DNA of 64,000 nt from an uncultured Mycobacteriaceae bacterium (GCA_964613585.1 CAZTHL010000008.1:8874-72873), one strand, 5' to 3'. Counted from the stretch's first letter, positions 48,631-58,922 are shown. Notes: generated from the letters alone by a model not told the origin. Made by a program: numbers and translations.

Positions 48631-51600
48631 TCAGCGCGCGCGTGCACCGGGCGGGGCGACGCCGCCTCCCGCCGATCCGTCGAGCGCCGCGTCGAGCGCC
48701 GGCAGCGCCGCGGCGATGCCGATGCGCCGGGCCTCGTCGCGCAGGCGGCGCAGCTCATCGACCACCTCGGCATCGCGGCGGCCCGCGGCGACGGCCGCCA
48801 GGACGCGGGCACGGGCGATGAAGACGTCGGCCCAGGGCACCGGTTCGGGCCGGGTCGCCTCCTCCAGCGCCGCGCCGTGGCGCAGCGCCTCGGCCGGGTC
48901 GCCGGCGGCGAGGCACGCCTCCATCGCGTCACGGCGGAACCAGAGGACGTTGTGCGCCACCGCGCCGCGCCCGAGCAGGTCCTCCCCTTCGGCCAGCGCC
49001 GCGCGCCGCTCGGCCGCTTCGCCGCTGATCAGGGCGAGGAGGGCGAGCAGCCGCGGCCCGATGAAGCCGAGATCACCGCGCCGCGCCAGGGTCAGCGCCT
49101 CGGCCAGCCACGGTCCCGCCTCGTCGCGCCGCCGCGGGTCGTGCCAGCCGGCGCGCGCCTGCTCATAAAGCCCGTAGCAGCGGAACCGGTCGTTGCCGAG
49201 CGCCTCGGCGATGGCCAGGGCGCTCTCGATCTCCGCCAGGGCGGCCTCGGCCTCACCGCGATCGACCAGGCACTCCCCCAGGATCAGCCGCGCCACCATG
49301 GCCGTGCGCGCGTTGCCCACCCGGTCGGCGGTGTCGGCCGCCTGCCGCAGATCCGCGAAGGCGCCCTCGAGATCGTTCAGGTACCGGCGCAGATTGCCCA
49401 TCATGTGCATGCTGCCGACCTCGATGCGGCCGAAGCCGTGCCGGCGGCACAGGGCCCGGCAGTGCCGGAAGTGCTTCAGCGACAGGCGGAAGCGCCCGGC
49501 GCCGTAGTAGGCGTCGCCGATGCCGCTCAGGGCGCGCGCCTGCCATTCCGGGTCGCCGGCCCGGCGCGCCTGGTCGAGTGCCCCCTGATGCTGGGCGAGG
49601 CAGCCCTCGACGTCGCCGGCGGCATAGAGCAGGCAGCCGCGGTAATAGCCGATCTGCGACCGCTCGAGCGAAGCGTCCTCGGCGATGGCCAGCGGCTCGG
49701 CCGCCGCGAGCGCCTCCATGCCCTCGGCGTGGCCGCCGACCAGCCGCACCCCCGCGGCGATGCCGATCAGCGCCCGGCAGCGGGCCGGCGTCTCGGAGGT
49801 CTCGTCGAGACACGCCCGAAAGGCGTCGATCGACGGCCGTGGCCGGCCGAGCTCGCGCAGCAGGTCGGCCCGCATCAGCGCCAGGGCGGTGCGATCGCGG
49901 CCCGGCGCCGCCAGCGCGAGGCCCCGCTCGCACAAGGCCAGGGCTCGCTCGAAGCGAAGCTGCCGGGTCTCGACAGCGGCCGCCCGGGCATGGGCCGCCG
50001 GCGCCCCGGGATCCGCGGCGCGGCCGAGATGCTCGGCCCGCAGCGCCGGGTCGTCGTCGCCGTGCCAGTCGGCCGCCTTGCGGTGCCAGCCGCGGCGCAT
50101 CTCGCGCAGGAGCGAGTCGTACACGGCATCGCGGATCAGCGCATGCGCGAACAGCAGGCCGTCGCCGTGCGGGCGCAGCAGCCCCCGGTCGATCAGGCGG
50201 GCCGGGTCGTAGCCGGTGTCGCCGATCAGATGGCGCAGGCCATCGAGGGAGAAGCGCTGGCCGAGCACCGACGCCGCCTGCAGCGCGTGCCGGTCCGCCG
50301 GCTCGAGCCGGTCGAGGCGGGCCTGGGTCAGGCTCTGCACCGAGCCCGGCACCGGCTCCGCCGCATCGCCCGCATGCCGCAGCAACTGCTCGAGAAACAG
50401 CGGGTTGCCGTCGGCCCGGGCGAGGCAGCGCTCGATCACGGTTTCGTCGAACCGGCCCATGGCGCGCGCCAGAGCGAGGCCGTCCTCCGGCCGCATCGGT
50501 CCCAGGTCGACCGTGCTCACCCCGGTCCCGCCGGCCGCGGCGCGCCAGCGGGCATCGAGCGGATCGCCCTCGAGGCGCGAGGTCAGGACCAGCAGCGCCG
50601 GGCAGCCGGCCACCGCGGCCGCGAGGCCCGACAGGTGGTCGAGGGTCACGGCATCCGCCCAGTGCACGTCCTCGACCGCCACCATCTGGGGCCGCCGGGC
50701 GCTGCGGCGGCTGAGCAGGGTCGCCCAGGTTCGCCGCTTGCCCAGCCGGCGCGCGGCGTTGTCCATGGCATTGTTGAGCGCCCGCAGCTCCGGTGGCTGA
50801 GGCCGGTCGAGCAGGTCGTTCAGGTGCACGACATCGTCGGCGTCGACCAGCCCCTCGGCCACGGCGGCGGCCGCCGCCCGGCCGATCGCGCCCGCGTCCG
50901 CCGAGCGGTCGAGGCCGAGCAGGCCGCGGACCAGCACGCGCACGGCGTCCCGACCGCGGCCGGCGCCGAGGTCGAGCACCAGGGCGCAATGCCGGTCGAA
51001 CCCGTGCTCGCCGGCCAGGCGCAGCCATTCCTCGAGCAGGCGGCTCTTGCCGATGCCGGCCTCGCCGCGTAGGTGCACGACGCGGCCGCTGCCGGTCCGG
51101 CGCGTGGCGGCGAGCAGGGCCTCGAACTGCGCCATCTCGCCCTGCCGGCCGATCAGGGGCCGCCGGGGCGCCGCCGCCGGGGCGCGCAGGCCGGACAGCC
51201 GCCAGGCGCGCACCGGCTCGGCGAAGCCCTCGACCGTCAGGGCGCCGGCGTCCTCCCCCTCGATCCGGTCCATGAGCACGCGGCGCACCCGATCGGAGAC
51301 CAGGATCTCGTCCGGCCGCGCGGCATCGCTGAGCCGGGACGCCAGGTTCACCGACTGGCCGGTCACGGTGTAGCCGGAGCGGCCGGCGTCACCGGTGCCG
51401 CCGGCGAGGACCTGGCCGCTGGCAATGCCGACATGCACCGCCAGCGGCCGCCCTTGCTCGGCGCTCAGCGGCGCCATGGCCTCGCGCACGGCCAGCGCCG
51501 CCCGGACCGCCCGCTCGGCGTCGTTGTCATGAGCCACCGGCGCGCCGAACACGGCCATGACGCCGTCGCCCAGGTGCTTGTCGATCCAGCCGCCATGCTC

Positions 51601-51960
51601 GACGATCCGCCGGTCCACGGCGGCCAGGAAGGCGCTCAGGAGCGCGTGCAGGCTCTCCGGATCGAGCTCGCGCGAGAGCCGGGTGAAGCCGCACAGGTCG
51701 GCGAACATCACCGTCGCCGGCCGCAGCGCGCGGGCGTCCGGGACCGCCGGCGCGCCCGGCCCGGCCGGCGCCGACCTGTCCGCCGCGTCCAGGACGGCGA
51801 TGGCGCGCAGCAGCCGCTTGCGGTAGCCGAGCGTGACGCCGAGCTTCTCAAGGTCGGACTCGGTCAGCTCGGGCAGGACCTCGCCGTCGATATCGGCCGC
51901 CCGGAACGCCTCGGCATAGCGCTCCAGCCCCATACCTTCCAGCCACGCTTCGACGTCCAT
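48631..51960 (-). CDS. SAM domain / class III adenylate-guanylate cyclase / P-loop STAND NTPase / TPR multidomain protein
   Basis: N-terminal SAM-like WLEGMGLERYAEAFRAADIDGEVLPELTESDLEKLGV. Cyclase strings FADLCGFT, KHLGDGVMAVFG, VNLASRL. P-loop GEAGIGKSRL. C-terminal ~400 aa of TPR-like repeats. 1109 aa. Confidence 0.88.
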   Translation of the reverse strand: MDVEAWLEGMGLERYAEAFRAADIDGEVLPELTESDLEKLGVTLGYRKRLLRAIAVLDAADRSAPAGPGAPAVPDARALRPATVMFADLCGFTRLSRELDPESLHALLSAFLAAVDRRIVEHGGWIDKHLGDGVMAVFGAPVAHDNDAERAVRAALAVREAMAPLSAEQGRPLAVHVGIASGQVLAGGTGDAGRSGYTVTGQSVNLASRLSDAARPDEILVSDRVRRVLMDRIEGEDAGALTVEGFAEPVRAWRLSGLRAPAAAPRRPLIGRQGEMAQFEALLAATRRTGSGRVVHLRGEAGIGKSRLLEEWLRLAGEHGFDRHCALVLDLGAGRGRDAVRVLVRGLLGLDRSADAGAIGRAAAAAVAEGLVDADDVVHLNDLLDRPQPPELRALNNAMDNAARRLGKRRTWATLLSRRSARRPQMVAVEDVHWADAVTLDHLSGLAAAVAGCPALLVLTSRLEGDPLDARWRAAAGGTGVSTVDLGPMRPEDGLALARAMGRFDETVIERCLARADGNPLFLEQLLRHAGDAAEPVPGSVQSLTQARLDRLEPADRHALQAASVLGQRFSLDGLRHLIGDTGYDPARLIDRGLLRPHGDGLLFAHALIRDAVYDSLLREMRRGWHRKAADWHGDDDPALRAEHLGRAADPGAPAAHARAAAVETRQLRFERALALCERGLALAAPGRDRTALALMRADLLRELGRPRPSIDAFRACLDETSETPARCRALIGIAAGVRLVGGHAEGMEALAAAEPLAIAEDASLERSQIGYYRGCLLYAAGDVEGCLAQHQGALDQARRAGDPEWQARALSGIGDAYYGAGRFRLSLKHFRHCRALCRRHGFGRIEVGSMHMMGNLRRYLNDLEGAFADLRQAADTADRVGNARTAMVARLILGECLVDRGEAEAALAEIESALAIAEALGNDRFRCYGLYEQARAGWHDPRRRDEAGPWLAEALTLARRGDLGFIGPRLLALLALISGEAAERRAALAEGEDLLGRGAVAHNVLWFRRDAMEACLAAGDPAEALRHGAALEEATRPEPVPWADVFIARARVLAAVAAGRRDAEVVDELRRLRDEARRIGIAAALPALDAALDGSAGGGVAPPGARAR

Positions 51961-52118
51961 GACCCGGTAGAACGCTCGCCCTGCCCCAGGGCGGCAGCTT
52001 ACCGGAAATCCCCGGCCGGCTCGACGCCGCCGATCCCGACGGCGGGGCGCGCCAGGCGCGTTGCGCTGCCCGAGCCCTTCATGGCATCACCCTCGGGCCA
52101 CTTGCCGATGCTCCCGCG

Positions 52119-53132
52119 ATGCCCGTCCCTGCCCTGTCGCCGCTGGCCGTCTTCCTCGCCTGCGCGCTCATCAGCGTGGTCGCCACGCGGCTCCTGCTGG
52201 GGGTCCTGCGCGACCGGGTGCTGGACCGCCCGAACCCGCGCAGCAGCCACAGCCGGCCGATCCCGCGCGGCGGCGGCTGGGGCGTGCTGGCGGCGCTGCT
52301 GCCGGCCTGGGTCGGGATCGCCCTCGGCGCCGGCGAGCCCGGCCTCCTGGTGGTGCTGGCGGCGGCCGGACTGCTGCTCGCCGTCTCCTGGATCGACGAT
52401 GTCCGCGGCCTGTCCCCGGCGGTCCGCCTGCCCGCCCATGCCGTCGCGGTCGCCCTCGGCCTCCTGGCGCTGCCGGCCGAGCAGGCGGTGCTCCAGGGCT
52501 GGCTGCCGCTGTGGCTCGACCGCGCCGTCGCCGGGCTGGCCTGGCTCTGGTTCGTCAATCTCTACAACTTCATGGACGGGATCGACGGCATCGCCGGCGG
52601 CGAGACCATCACCATCGGCCTCGGCCTGGCGCTGGTTCTGGCGCTGAGCGCAGGCGGCCAGCCGCCGGTGCTTCTGGCCATGGCGCTCGCCGGGGCGGCC
52701 TGCGGGTTCCTGGTGTGGAACTGGCACCCGGCGCGGATCTTCCTGGGCGATGTCGGCAGCGTGCCGATCGGCTTCCTCGCCGGCTACCTGCTGCTCGACG
52801 CGGCCGGCCGGGGCCTGTGGGCGCCGGCGCTGATCCTGCCCGGCTACTTCCTGGCCGACGCCACCGTGACGCTGCTGCGCCGGCTGATGCGCGGCGACCG
52901 GATCTGGCGCCCGCACCGCGAGCACTACTACCAGAGGATGGTACGCGCCGGCGCCCGGCATGACTGGGTCGTCCGACGCGTCCTGACGCTCAACCTCGCG
53001 CTGATCGGCCTCAGCGTGGTGGCGGCCTCGGCCGGTCCGGCCGGCGCGGCCCTGGCGGTGGCGGCGGGCGCCTCGCTGGTGGCCGGCCTGCTGCTGCGCT
53101 TCGCCACCCTCAGTCGGGGCGCGCCGGCATGA
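52119..53132 (+). CDS. Glycosyltransferase family 4 (WecA/WbpL/MraY-like polyprenyl-phosphate sugar-1-P transferase)
   Basis: NLYNFMDGIDGIAGG and IFLGDVGSVPIGF motifs. Polytopic. Confidence 0.85.
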   Translation: MPVPALSPLAVFLACALISVVATRLLLGVLRDRVLDRPNPRSSHSRPIPRGGGWGVLAALLPAWVGIALGAGEPGLLVVLAAAGLLLAVSWIDDVRGLSPAVRLPAHAVAVALGLLALPAEQAVLQGWLPLWLDRAVAGLAWLWFVNLYNFMDGIDGIAGGETITIGLGLALVLALSAGGQPPVLLAMALAGAACGFLVWNWHPARIFLGDVGSVPIGFLAGYLLLDAAGRGLWAPALILPGYFLADATVTLLRRLMRGDRIWRPHREHYYQRMVRAGARHDWVVRRVLTLNLALIGLSVVAASAGPAGAALAVAAGASLVAGLLLRFATLSRGAPA

Positions 53133-54103
53133 GCCATGTCCTGGTCACCGGCGCGACCGGCTTCGTCGGCCGCGCCGTGGTGCCGCGCCTGGCGGCGGAC
53201 GGCCACCGGGTGCGGGCCGCGGGCCGGCGCGAGACCGGCAATATCGGCCCCTACTCGGACTGGACCGGGCTGCTCGACGGGATCGAGGTGGTGGTCCATC
53301 TCGCCGCGCGCGTGCACGATCTGTCGGGCACCCTGCCCGAGGTCGACGAGGACTTCGCCTGGGTGAACGCCGAGGGCACCTTCCGCCTCGCCGAGCAGGC
53401 GGCGGCGCTCGGCGTCCGCCGCTTCGTCCACGTCAGCACGGCCAAGGTGGCGGGCGAGCGCAGCGGCGCACGGCCGGTGAACGAGGATGATCCCGTGGCG
53501 CCGGCGGACGAGTACGCCCACTCCAAATGGCGCGCCGAGCAGCATGTGCGCGAGGTGTCGGCGCTCACCGGCATGGAGGCCGTGGTGCTGCGCCCGCCTC
53601 TGGTCTACGGCCCGGGCGTCGGCGGCAACTTCCGCGCGCTCATGGCGCTGTGCGCGCGGCCGCTGCCGCTGCCCTTCGGCACCGTCGACAACCGGCGCAG
53701 CTTGGTGTCCGTCGCCAATCTGGCCGACGCGCTCGCCGTCTGCGTGGCGCATCCCGAGGCCGCGGGGCTGACCGGCTTCGTGTGCGACGCGGAGCCGGTC
53801 GGCACGGCGCACCTGGTGACGGAGATCCGCCACGCGCTCGGCCGGCCGCCCGGGCTGGTGGCGGTGCCGCCGGCGGTCCTGCGGGCCGGCGCCCGGCTGG
53901 CCGGCCGCGGCGCCCGAGCATCCCGGCTGCTCGACTCGTTCGAGCTGTCGGCACGCGGCCTGTCGGAACGGACCGGCTGGCAGCCCCGGCAGGCCCGGGC
54001 GGACGGCGTGCGCGCCGCGGTCGAGGCCTTCCAGGCGGAGCCGGCGGAGGTGCCGGGCCGTCCCGCGGCGGCTGCCGGCGGACCCGGGGCGCGGCGATCG
54101 TGA
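53129..54103 (+). CDS. NAD-dependent epimerase/dehydratase (SDR)
   Basis: VLVTGATGFVG and YAHSK (YxxxK). ATGA overlap with the upstream gene. Confidence 0.85.
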   Translation: MSHVLVTGATGFVGRAVVPRLAADGHRVRAAGRRETGNIGPYSDWTGLLDGIEVVVHLAARVHDLSGTLPEVDEDFAWVNAEGTFRLAEQAAALGVRRFVHVSTAKVAGERSGARPVNEDDPVAPADEYAHSKWRAEQHVREVSALTGMEAVVLRPPLVYGPGVGGNFRALMALCARPLPLPFGTVDNRRSLVSVANLADALAVCVAHPEAAGLTGFVCDAEPVGTAHLVTEIRHALGRPPGLVAVPPAVLRAGARLAGRGARASRLLDSFELSARGLSERTGWQPRQARADGVRAAVEAFQAEPAEVPGRPAAAAGGPGARRS

Positions 54104-54714
54104 CCCGGCTGCGCGCCCTGGCCCTCCTCCTGGCGACGGCCGGACCCGGCGCCTGCGGCGGCACGACGCCGGTCGGCGAGGCGCCGCGGCCCGAGAGCCC
54201 GCCGCTTGAGGTCGCCGCGTTCGATCAGGCGGCGGCCGAGCGCAGCCTGGCCGAGGCCGAGGACGCCGAGGCGGAAGGCGACCTCGAGCGCGCGGCCGAG
54301 GGCTTCCGGGCGGCCGCCACCACTTGGCCGGCTCTGGTCGAGGCCTGGGCGGGGCTGGCCCGGGTCGCCGGCCGGCTCGGCGAGCCCCGGGAGCAGCAAG
54401 CGGCCCGGTTCCTGGCCCAGCGCCTGGAGCAGTACCCGAGCGAGGCACTCTTTGTGCAGCGCGAGGTGAACATCGCGCTCAAAGCCTATCTGGCCGAGCT
54501 CGAGGCCTCGGCCGATCCGAACCCGCTGCTGGTCGACTACGGCGCCACGGTGAGCCGGTTCTGGGAAGCGCTCTACCGGGAACGCGGCCGCTTCGAGCGC
54601 CCCGGGCTGCCGGTGTTCAACCTCCAGGCCCGCGAGGTGCCGGCGGCGATGGTCACCGGCGGCGGGCTGCTGTTCTACCTCGGCTCGATCGTGTCCCAGA
54701 CCGGAGACGAGTAG
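54100..54714 (+). CDS. Hypothetical lipoprotein
   Basis: The GTG at 54100 overlaps the epimerase TGA (GTGA). Lipobox-like LLLATAGPGAC. Helical, acidic body with a C-terminal hydrophobic segment. Confidence 0.5.
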   Translation: MTRLRALALLLATAGPGACGGTTPVGEAPRPESPPLEVAAFDQAAAERSLAEAEDAEAEGDLERAAEGFRAAATTWPALVEAWAGLARVAGRLGEPREQQAARFLAQRLEQYPSEALFVQREVNIALKAYLAELEASADPNPLLVDYGATVSRFWEALYRERGRFERPGLPVFNLQAREVPAAMVTGGGLLFYLGSIVSQTGDE

Positions 54715-54732
54715 CGGGCGGCCGGCCCGCCG

Positions 54733-57486
54733 TCACGCCGGCTGCGCCCGGGCGATGGCGGGGCGCTGATCCATGCGCCGCGCCAGGTCCATGCCGCGGG
54801 TCCATTTGTAGACCTCGACCGAGATGAACTTGGTCACGGCGATGCCGAGCAGCGTCGCCCAGGCGAGCGGCGAGATCGGCTCGACATTGAGCACGTCGCG
54901 CCAGCCGGGGATGTGCAGCGAGGCGATGTGGATGGCCTGCGCCGCCGCCGCGGCGGCAACCACGAGCCAGTTGTTGCTGAGCGGCACGCGGAACGCCGAG
55001 CGGCGCTCCGAGCGGACGTTGAAGATGTGCACGTTCTCGAATAGCACCATGAGCATCAGCAGCAGGTTGCTCGCCTCGAAGGCGCTGTAGCCGAGCTCGT
55101 AGAACAGCACGTAGAACACGGCGAAGCTGACCAGGCCCATGTAGACGCCGGAGACCAGCACCTCCTCGACCATGAGCCGGTTGAAGATCCTCTCGTCGCG
55201 CCGCCGCGGCTGCCGCTCCAGAAGGTCGGCCTCGCCCTTCTCGAAGGCGAGCGCCACGTCCTGGATGCCGTTGGTCACCAGGTTGAGCCAGAGCAGCTGC
55301 ACCGGCCCCAGGGGCAGCGGCGTGCCGAAGGCGACCGACAGGGTGAACAGGATCAGCTCGGCCACGCCGGTGCTGATCAGGAGCCACACCACCTTGCGGA
55401 CATTGTCGTAGACCCGGCGACCCTCCTCGACGCCGTTGACGATCGAGGAGAAGTTGTCGTCGGTCAGGATCAGGTCGGCGGCGTTGCGGGCGATGTCGGT
55501 GCCGCTCTTGCCCATGGCAACGCCGATATTGGCCATGCGCAGCGCCGGCGCGTCGTTCACCCCGTCGCCGGTCACCGCCACGAAATGGCCGGCGCCCTGC
55601 ATCTCGTCGACGATGGTGGTCTTCTGCCGCGGCTCGACCCGGGCGTAGATGCGCGCGTTGCGCACCTTCTCCCCGGTCTCGGAGTCCTCGCCGGCCTCGA
55701 GCGCGCCGATCTCCTTGCCGGTGGCGACCTCGTCCATCGCCTGGGCGAACCGCAGCCGCCGGCCGATCGACAGCGCCGTCGACGGATGGTCGCCGGTGAT
55801 CATGCGGACCTGGATGCCGGCATGGCGGCATTTCTCGACCGCGTCCGGCACGGTCTCGCGCACCGGGTCGAGCAGGCCGACGAGGCCGAGCAGCCGCAGG
55901 CCCTCGAGCGCGGCCTCGTCGGAGCGCTCGGCCGCGCCTGGGTCGACCGCCCCCGCCGCCACGGCGAGCACACGGTAGCCCTCGTCGGCCAGGGCCTGCT
56001 CCTGCGCGCGAACCGCGTCCGGGTCGACCGCGCACATGCCGGCCACGGTCTCGGCCGCGCCCTTGACCAGGGCGATCGCCGTGCCGTCGCCGCGGTGGAA
56101 CGAGGCGGCGAACTTGCGCTCGGACTCGAACGGGATCTCGCCGATCTGCGGGTGCTCCTCCAGCAGCCGGTCGCGCTCGAGCCCGGCCTTGCCGGCCAGG
56201 ACCAGGAAGGCGATGTCGACCTGGTCGCCGCTCGTCTCGAGCGCGCCGTCGGCCTGGCGCAGGGTGGCGTCGTTGCACAGCGCCCCGGCGATGACGAGGT
56301 CGCGCAGCCAGCCCGGCTCCTCGGCCGAGACCGGCTCGCCGTCGCGCTCCGGCCGCCCCTCGAGCCGGTCGCCCGGGCCGGACACGGTGACGTCGCCGCC
56401 GTCCTCGAGCGGCCGGATGCGCTGCACCGACAGCTTGTTCTCGGTCAGGGTGCCGGTCTTGTCGCTGGCGATCAGGGTGCAGGCGCCGAGCCCCTCGACC
56501 GCCGGCAGGTGGCGGACGATGACGTTGCGCTCGCTCATGCGCGCCGAGCCGATCGACAGCGCCACGGTGATCGCCACCGGCAGGCCGGCCGGGATCGCCG
56601 AGACCGCCAGGGCGACCGCCAGCAGGAAGATGTCGACGAAGCCCTCGCCGCGCAGGAACTGCACCAGGCCCAGAAGCGCGATGATGCCGAGCACGCCGAC
56701 GGCGATGACCCGGGTGAACTGGCGCATGCGGATGACCAGCGGCGGCTCCTCGCCGGATTCGGCCAGCGACTGGGCGATGCGCCCGAGCTCGGTCGCCTCG
56801 CCGGTGCGCACGACCACGCCCCGGCCACGGCCGCCCATGATGCTGCTGCCGGCGTGCACCAGCGTCCGCCGGTCGCCGAGCGGCGTGTCCTCGGCCAGCT
56901 CGGCCTCGGCCGTCTTCTCGACCGCCTGGGACTCGCCGGTCAGCAGGGACTCGTCGGCGCGCAGCTCGCGGGCCTGGGTCAGGCGGATGTCGGCCGGAAC
57001 GGCCGAGCCCGCCTGCAGCGCCACCAGGTCGCCCGGCACGAGCTCGGTGCTGTCGACCTGTCGGCGCTCGCCGCCGCGCCGCACCTGCGCGGTGATCTTC
57101 ATCACCTGCTGCAGCGCCTGGGCGGCGGATTCGGCCTTGTACTCCTGATAGGTGCCGAGGCCGGCGTTGAACAGCAGCACGGCGAAGATGAAGCCGGCGT
57201 CGGCGATGTTGCCGATCGCCACCGAGACCGCGCCGGCGACCAGCAGGACATAGATCAGCGGGTCGCGGAACTGCCGGATGAACACCTCGAGAACGGTGTC
57301 GCGTCGACTCTCCGGCAGCTTGTTGGGGCCGTGCCGCTGCCGCCGCCGCTCGACCTCGTCCGCGGCGAGGCCCCGCTCGGTGTCGGCGTCGAGCGCCCGC
57401 GCCGCCTCGGCCGCGGGCATGGCGTGCCATGGAGATGCCGCGAGGTCCGGCGCCTCGCGGCCGGCCGGCTCGGTTCCGTCGCCCAT
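54733..57486 (-). CDS. Cation-translocating P-type ATPase (P2-like), paralog 2
   Basis: 917 aa from the ATG at 57486. LTGESQAVEK, ASDKTGTLT, VTGDGVNDAPALRMANIG. Confidence 0.92.
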   Translation of the reverse strand: MGDGTEPAGREAPDLAASPWHAMPAAEAARALDADTERGLAADEVERRRQRHGPNKLPESRRDTVLEVFIRQFRDPLIYVLLVAGAVSVAIGNIADAGFIFAVLLFNAGLGTYQEYKAESAAQALQQVMKITAQVRRGGERRQVDSTELVPGDLVALQAGSAVPADIRLTQARELRADESLLTGESQAVEKTAEAELAEDTPLGDRRTLVHAGSSIMGGRGRGVVVRTGEATELGRIAQSLAESGEEPPLVIRMRQFTRVIAVGVLGIIALLGLVQFLRGEGFVDIFLLAVALAVSAIPAGLPVAITVALSIGSARMSERNVIVRHLPAVEGLGACTLIASDKTGTLTENKLSVQRIRPLEDGGDVTVSGPGDRLEGRPERDGEPVSAEEPGWLRDLVIAGALCNDATLRQADGALETSGDQVDIAFLVLAGKAGLERDRLLEEHPQIGEIPFESERKFAASFHRGDGTAIALVKGAAETVAGMCAVDPDAVRAQEQALADEGYRVLAVAAGAVDPGAAERSDEAALEGLRLLGLVGLLDPVRETVPDAVEKCRHAGIQVRMITGDHPSTALSIGRRLRFAQAMDEVATGKEIGALEAGEDSETGEKVRNARIYARVEPRQKTTIVDEMQGAGHFVAVTGDGVNDAPALRMANIGVAMGKSGTDIARNAADLILTDDNFSSIVNGVEEGRRVYDNVRKVVWLLISTGVAELILFTLSVAFGTPLPLGPVQLLWLNLVTNGIQDVALAFEKGEADLLERQPRRRDERIFNRLMVEEVLVSGVYMGLVSFAVFYVLFYELGYSAFEASNLLLMLMVLFENVHIFNVRSERRSAFRVPLSNNWLVVAAAAAAQAIHIASLHIPGWRDVLNVEPISPLAWATLLGIAVTKFISVEVYKWTRGMDLARRMDQRPAIARAQPA

Positions 57487-57584
57487 GTCGATGTCCCAGG
57501 CCCAGGCTGGCGGGCGGAGGAGGAGCCGCCGCCGTCGCGCGGTTGAACCCGGGGGCGCCGGCCGGGTTCCTCGGCCGGCGCGCC

Positions 57585-57659
57585 GGCCGGCTCTCCGGTC
57601 CGGCGCGACGGCTGGCTCTCCGGTCCGGCGCGACGGCTGGCTCTCCGGTCCGGCGCGCC
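57585..57659. repeat. 25-bp tandem repeat x3 upstream of ATPase paralog 2
   Basis: GGC(C/T)GGCTCTCCGGTCCGGCGCG(A/C)C at 57585, 57610 and 57635. It lies 100-170 nt upstream of the ATG at 57486. Confidence 0.9.
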
Positions 57660-58361
57660 GCCGGGTGGATGCCGGCGGCGGCGACGCGCCCCGGTGGCGC
57701 TGTCGGCAGCCCTTGCGCGCATCCGGCATCCGACGCATTCATGGCGCAGCCTGTGCCCCCGGCAGCAACGGATGCGCCGATGCACCCGCTGGACGACAAG
57801 AAGGGGCTGGCCACCTGCCATGTCTTCCTGGCCTCCCGTCGCGAGCCACCGGCCATCGACATCATCGAACGGCTGGTCGCGGGGTGCCCGGGCCCGGTGA
57901 GGAAGCCGAGGCCGTGATCGGCGCCATGGCCACGGCCATCCGCGGTACCGATCCCGCCATCCTCCATCACGCGGCCGCGCTGCGCCGCCTGCAGGCCGCC
58001 GGTCGGGATCTCGGCGTGAGCGACGGAGGTCGGACCCTGTGTGAGGCTGCAGCCACACTCGTCTCCTAGCCGCCGCCGGTCGAGAGCGTTCTCCTCCCGG
58101 GCTGCCGAGCCGCACGCGCGTGCGAGCGCGGCATGACCCCCGCTTTCTTGGCCAAGGGCCTCTTCAACACCCTCGATCACGCCACGCAGGAGGACGATCG
58201 GGGGCGCCGGGACGCGCTGCTGGACGAGTTGCGCGCGCTCGCCCGGGCCCACCCCGACGACGCCGCGGTGCGAGACGCGTTGGCCAGGGGCCTTGCCCTC
58301 GCCGGCTGACCGCGTTGGCAACGTCTCCGGCGCAGCGCGGTGTGGCGGGGCCGGCCGTGCG

Positions 58362-58922
58362 CTACTCCGCCCTCGGCATCTCCATGCAGGCGCCGAACAG
58401 GACGAAGCCCGGCCAGTCGGTGCTGCCGGTGACCGTCATGCTGCCGTCCTCCAGGTCGATCCCCATGGTCCAGGCCATGCCGTCGCGCACCTCCTCCACG
58501 CCCGGGTCGATGCCGGTGAGGAACAGGGTGCGGTCGACCTGCTGCCGCGCGCCGATCCGGGAGACGGGCTCGGCCTCGGCCGCCGCGCGGGCGTCGCGCA
58601 CGACCCCCTCGGCCAGGTCCACCTCGAGGAACGGCGGCACCGCCGAGGCCATCAGCCCCGACGTGCTGCAGCCCTCGTCGACCGTGCATTGATGGGCCGC
58701 CCGCGGCGCGCAGAGCAGGACATCCGGCAGCGCGGCGTCCCCGGTGGTCGCGGCGTCCCCGGTGGTCGCGGCGTCCCCGGTCGTGGTGGCGTCCCCGGTC
58801 GTGGCGGCCGGCTCGTCGCCCGTCGCGCCGGCGGCCGGCTCCTGCGCCGCGGCCGGCAGGCCGGGACCGAGCATGAGAAGGGTCAGCAGCACGGCGCCGC
58901 CCGGTCCGGTGATCCTGGTCAT
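58362..58922 (-). CDS. Secreted hypothetical protein with A-x-T-T-G-D hexapeptide repeats
   Basis: Signal peptide MTRITGPGGAVLLTLLMLGPGLPAAAQE. 18-bp coding repeats at 58737-58826. Four Cys residues in the mature part. Confidence 0.6.
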   Translation of the reverse strand: MTRITGPGGAVLLTLLMLGPGLPAAAQEPAAGATGDEPAATTGDATTTGDAATTGDAATTGDAALPDVLLCAPRAAHQCTVDEGCSTSGLMASAVPPFLEVDLAEGVVRDARAAAEAEPVSRIGARQQVDRTLFLTGIDPGVEEVRDGMAWTMGIDLEDGSMTVTGSTDWPGFVLFGACMEMPRAE

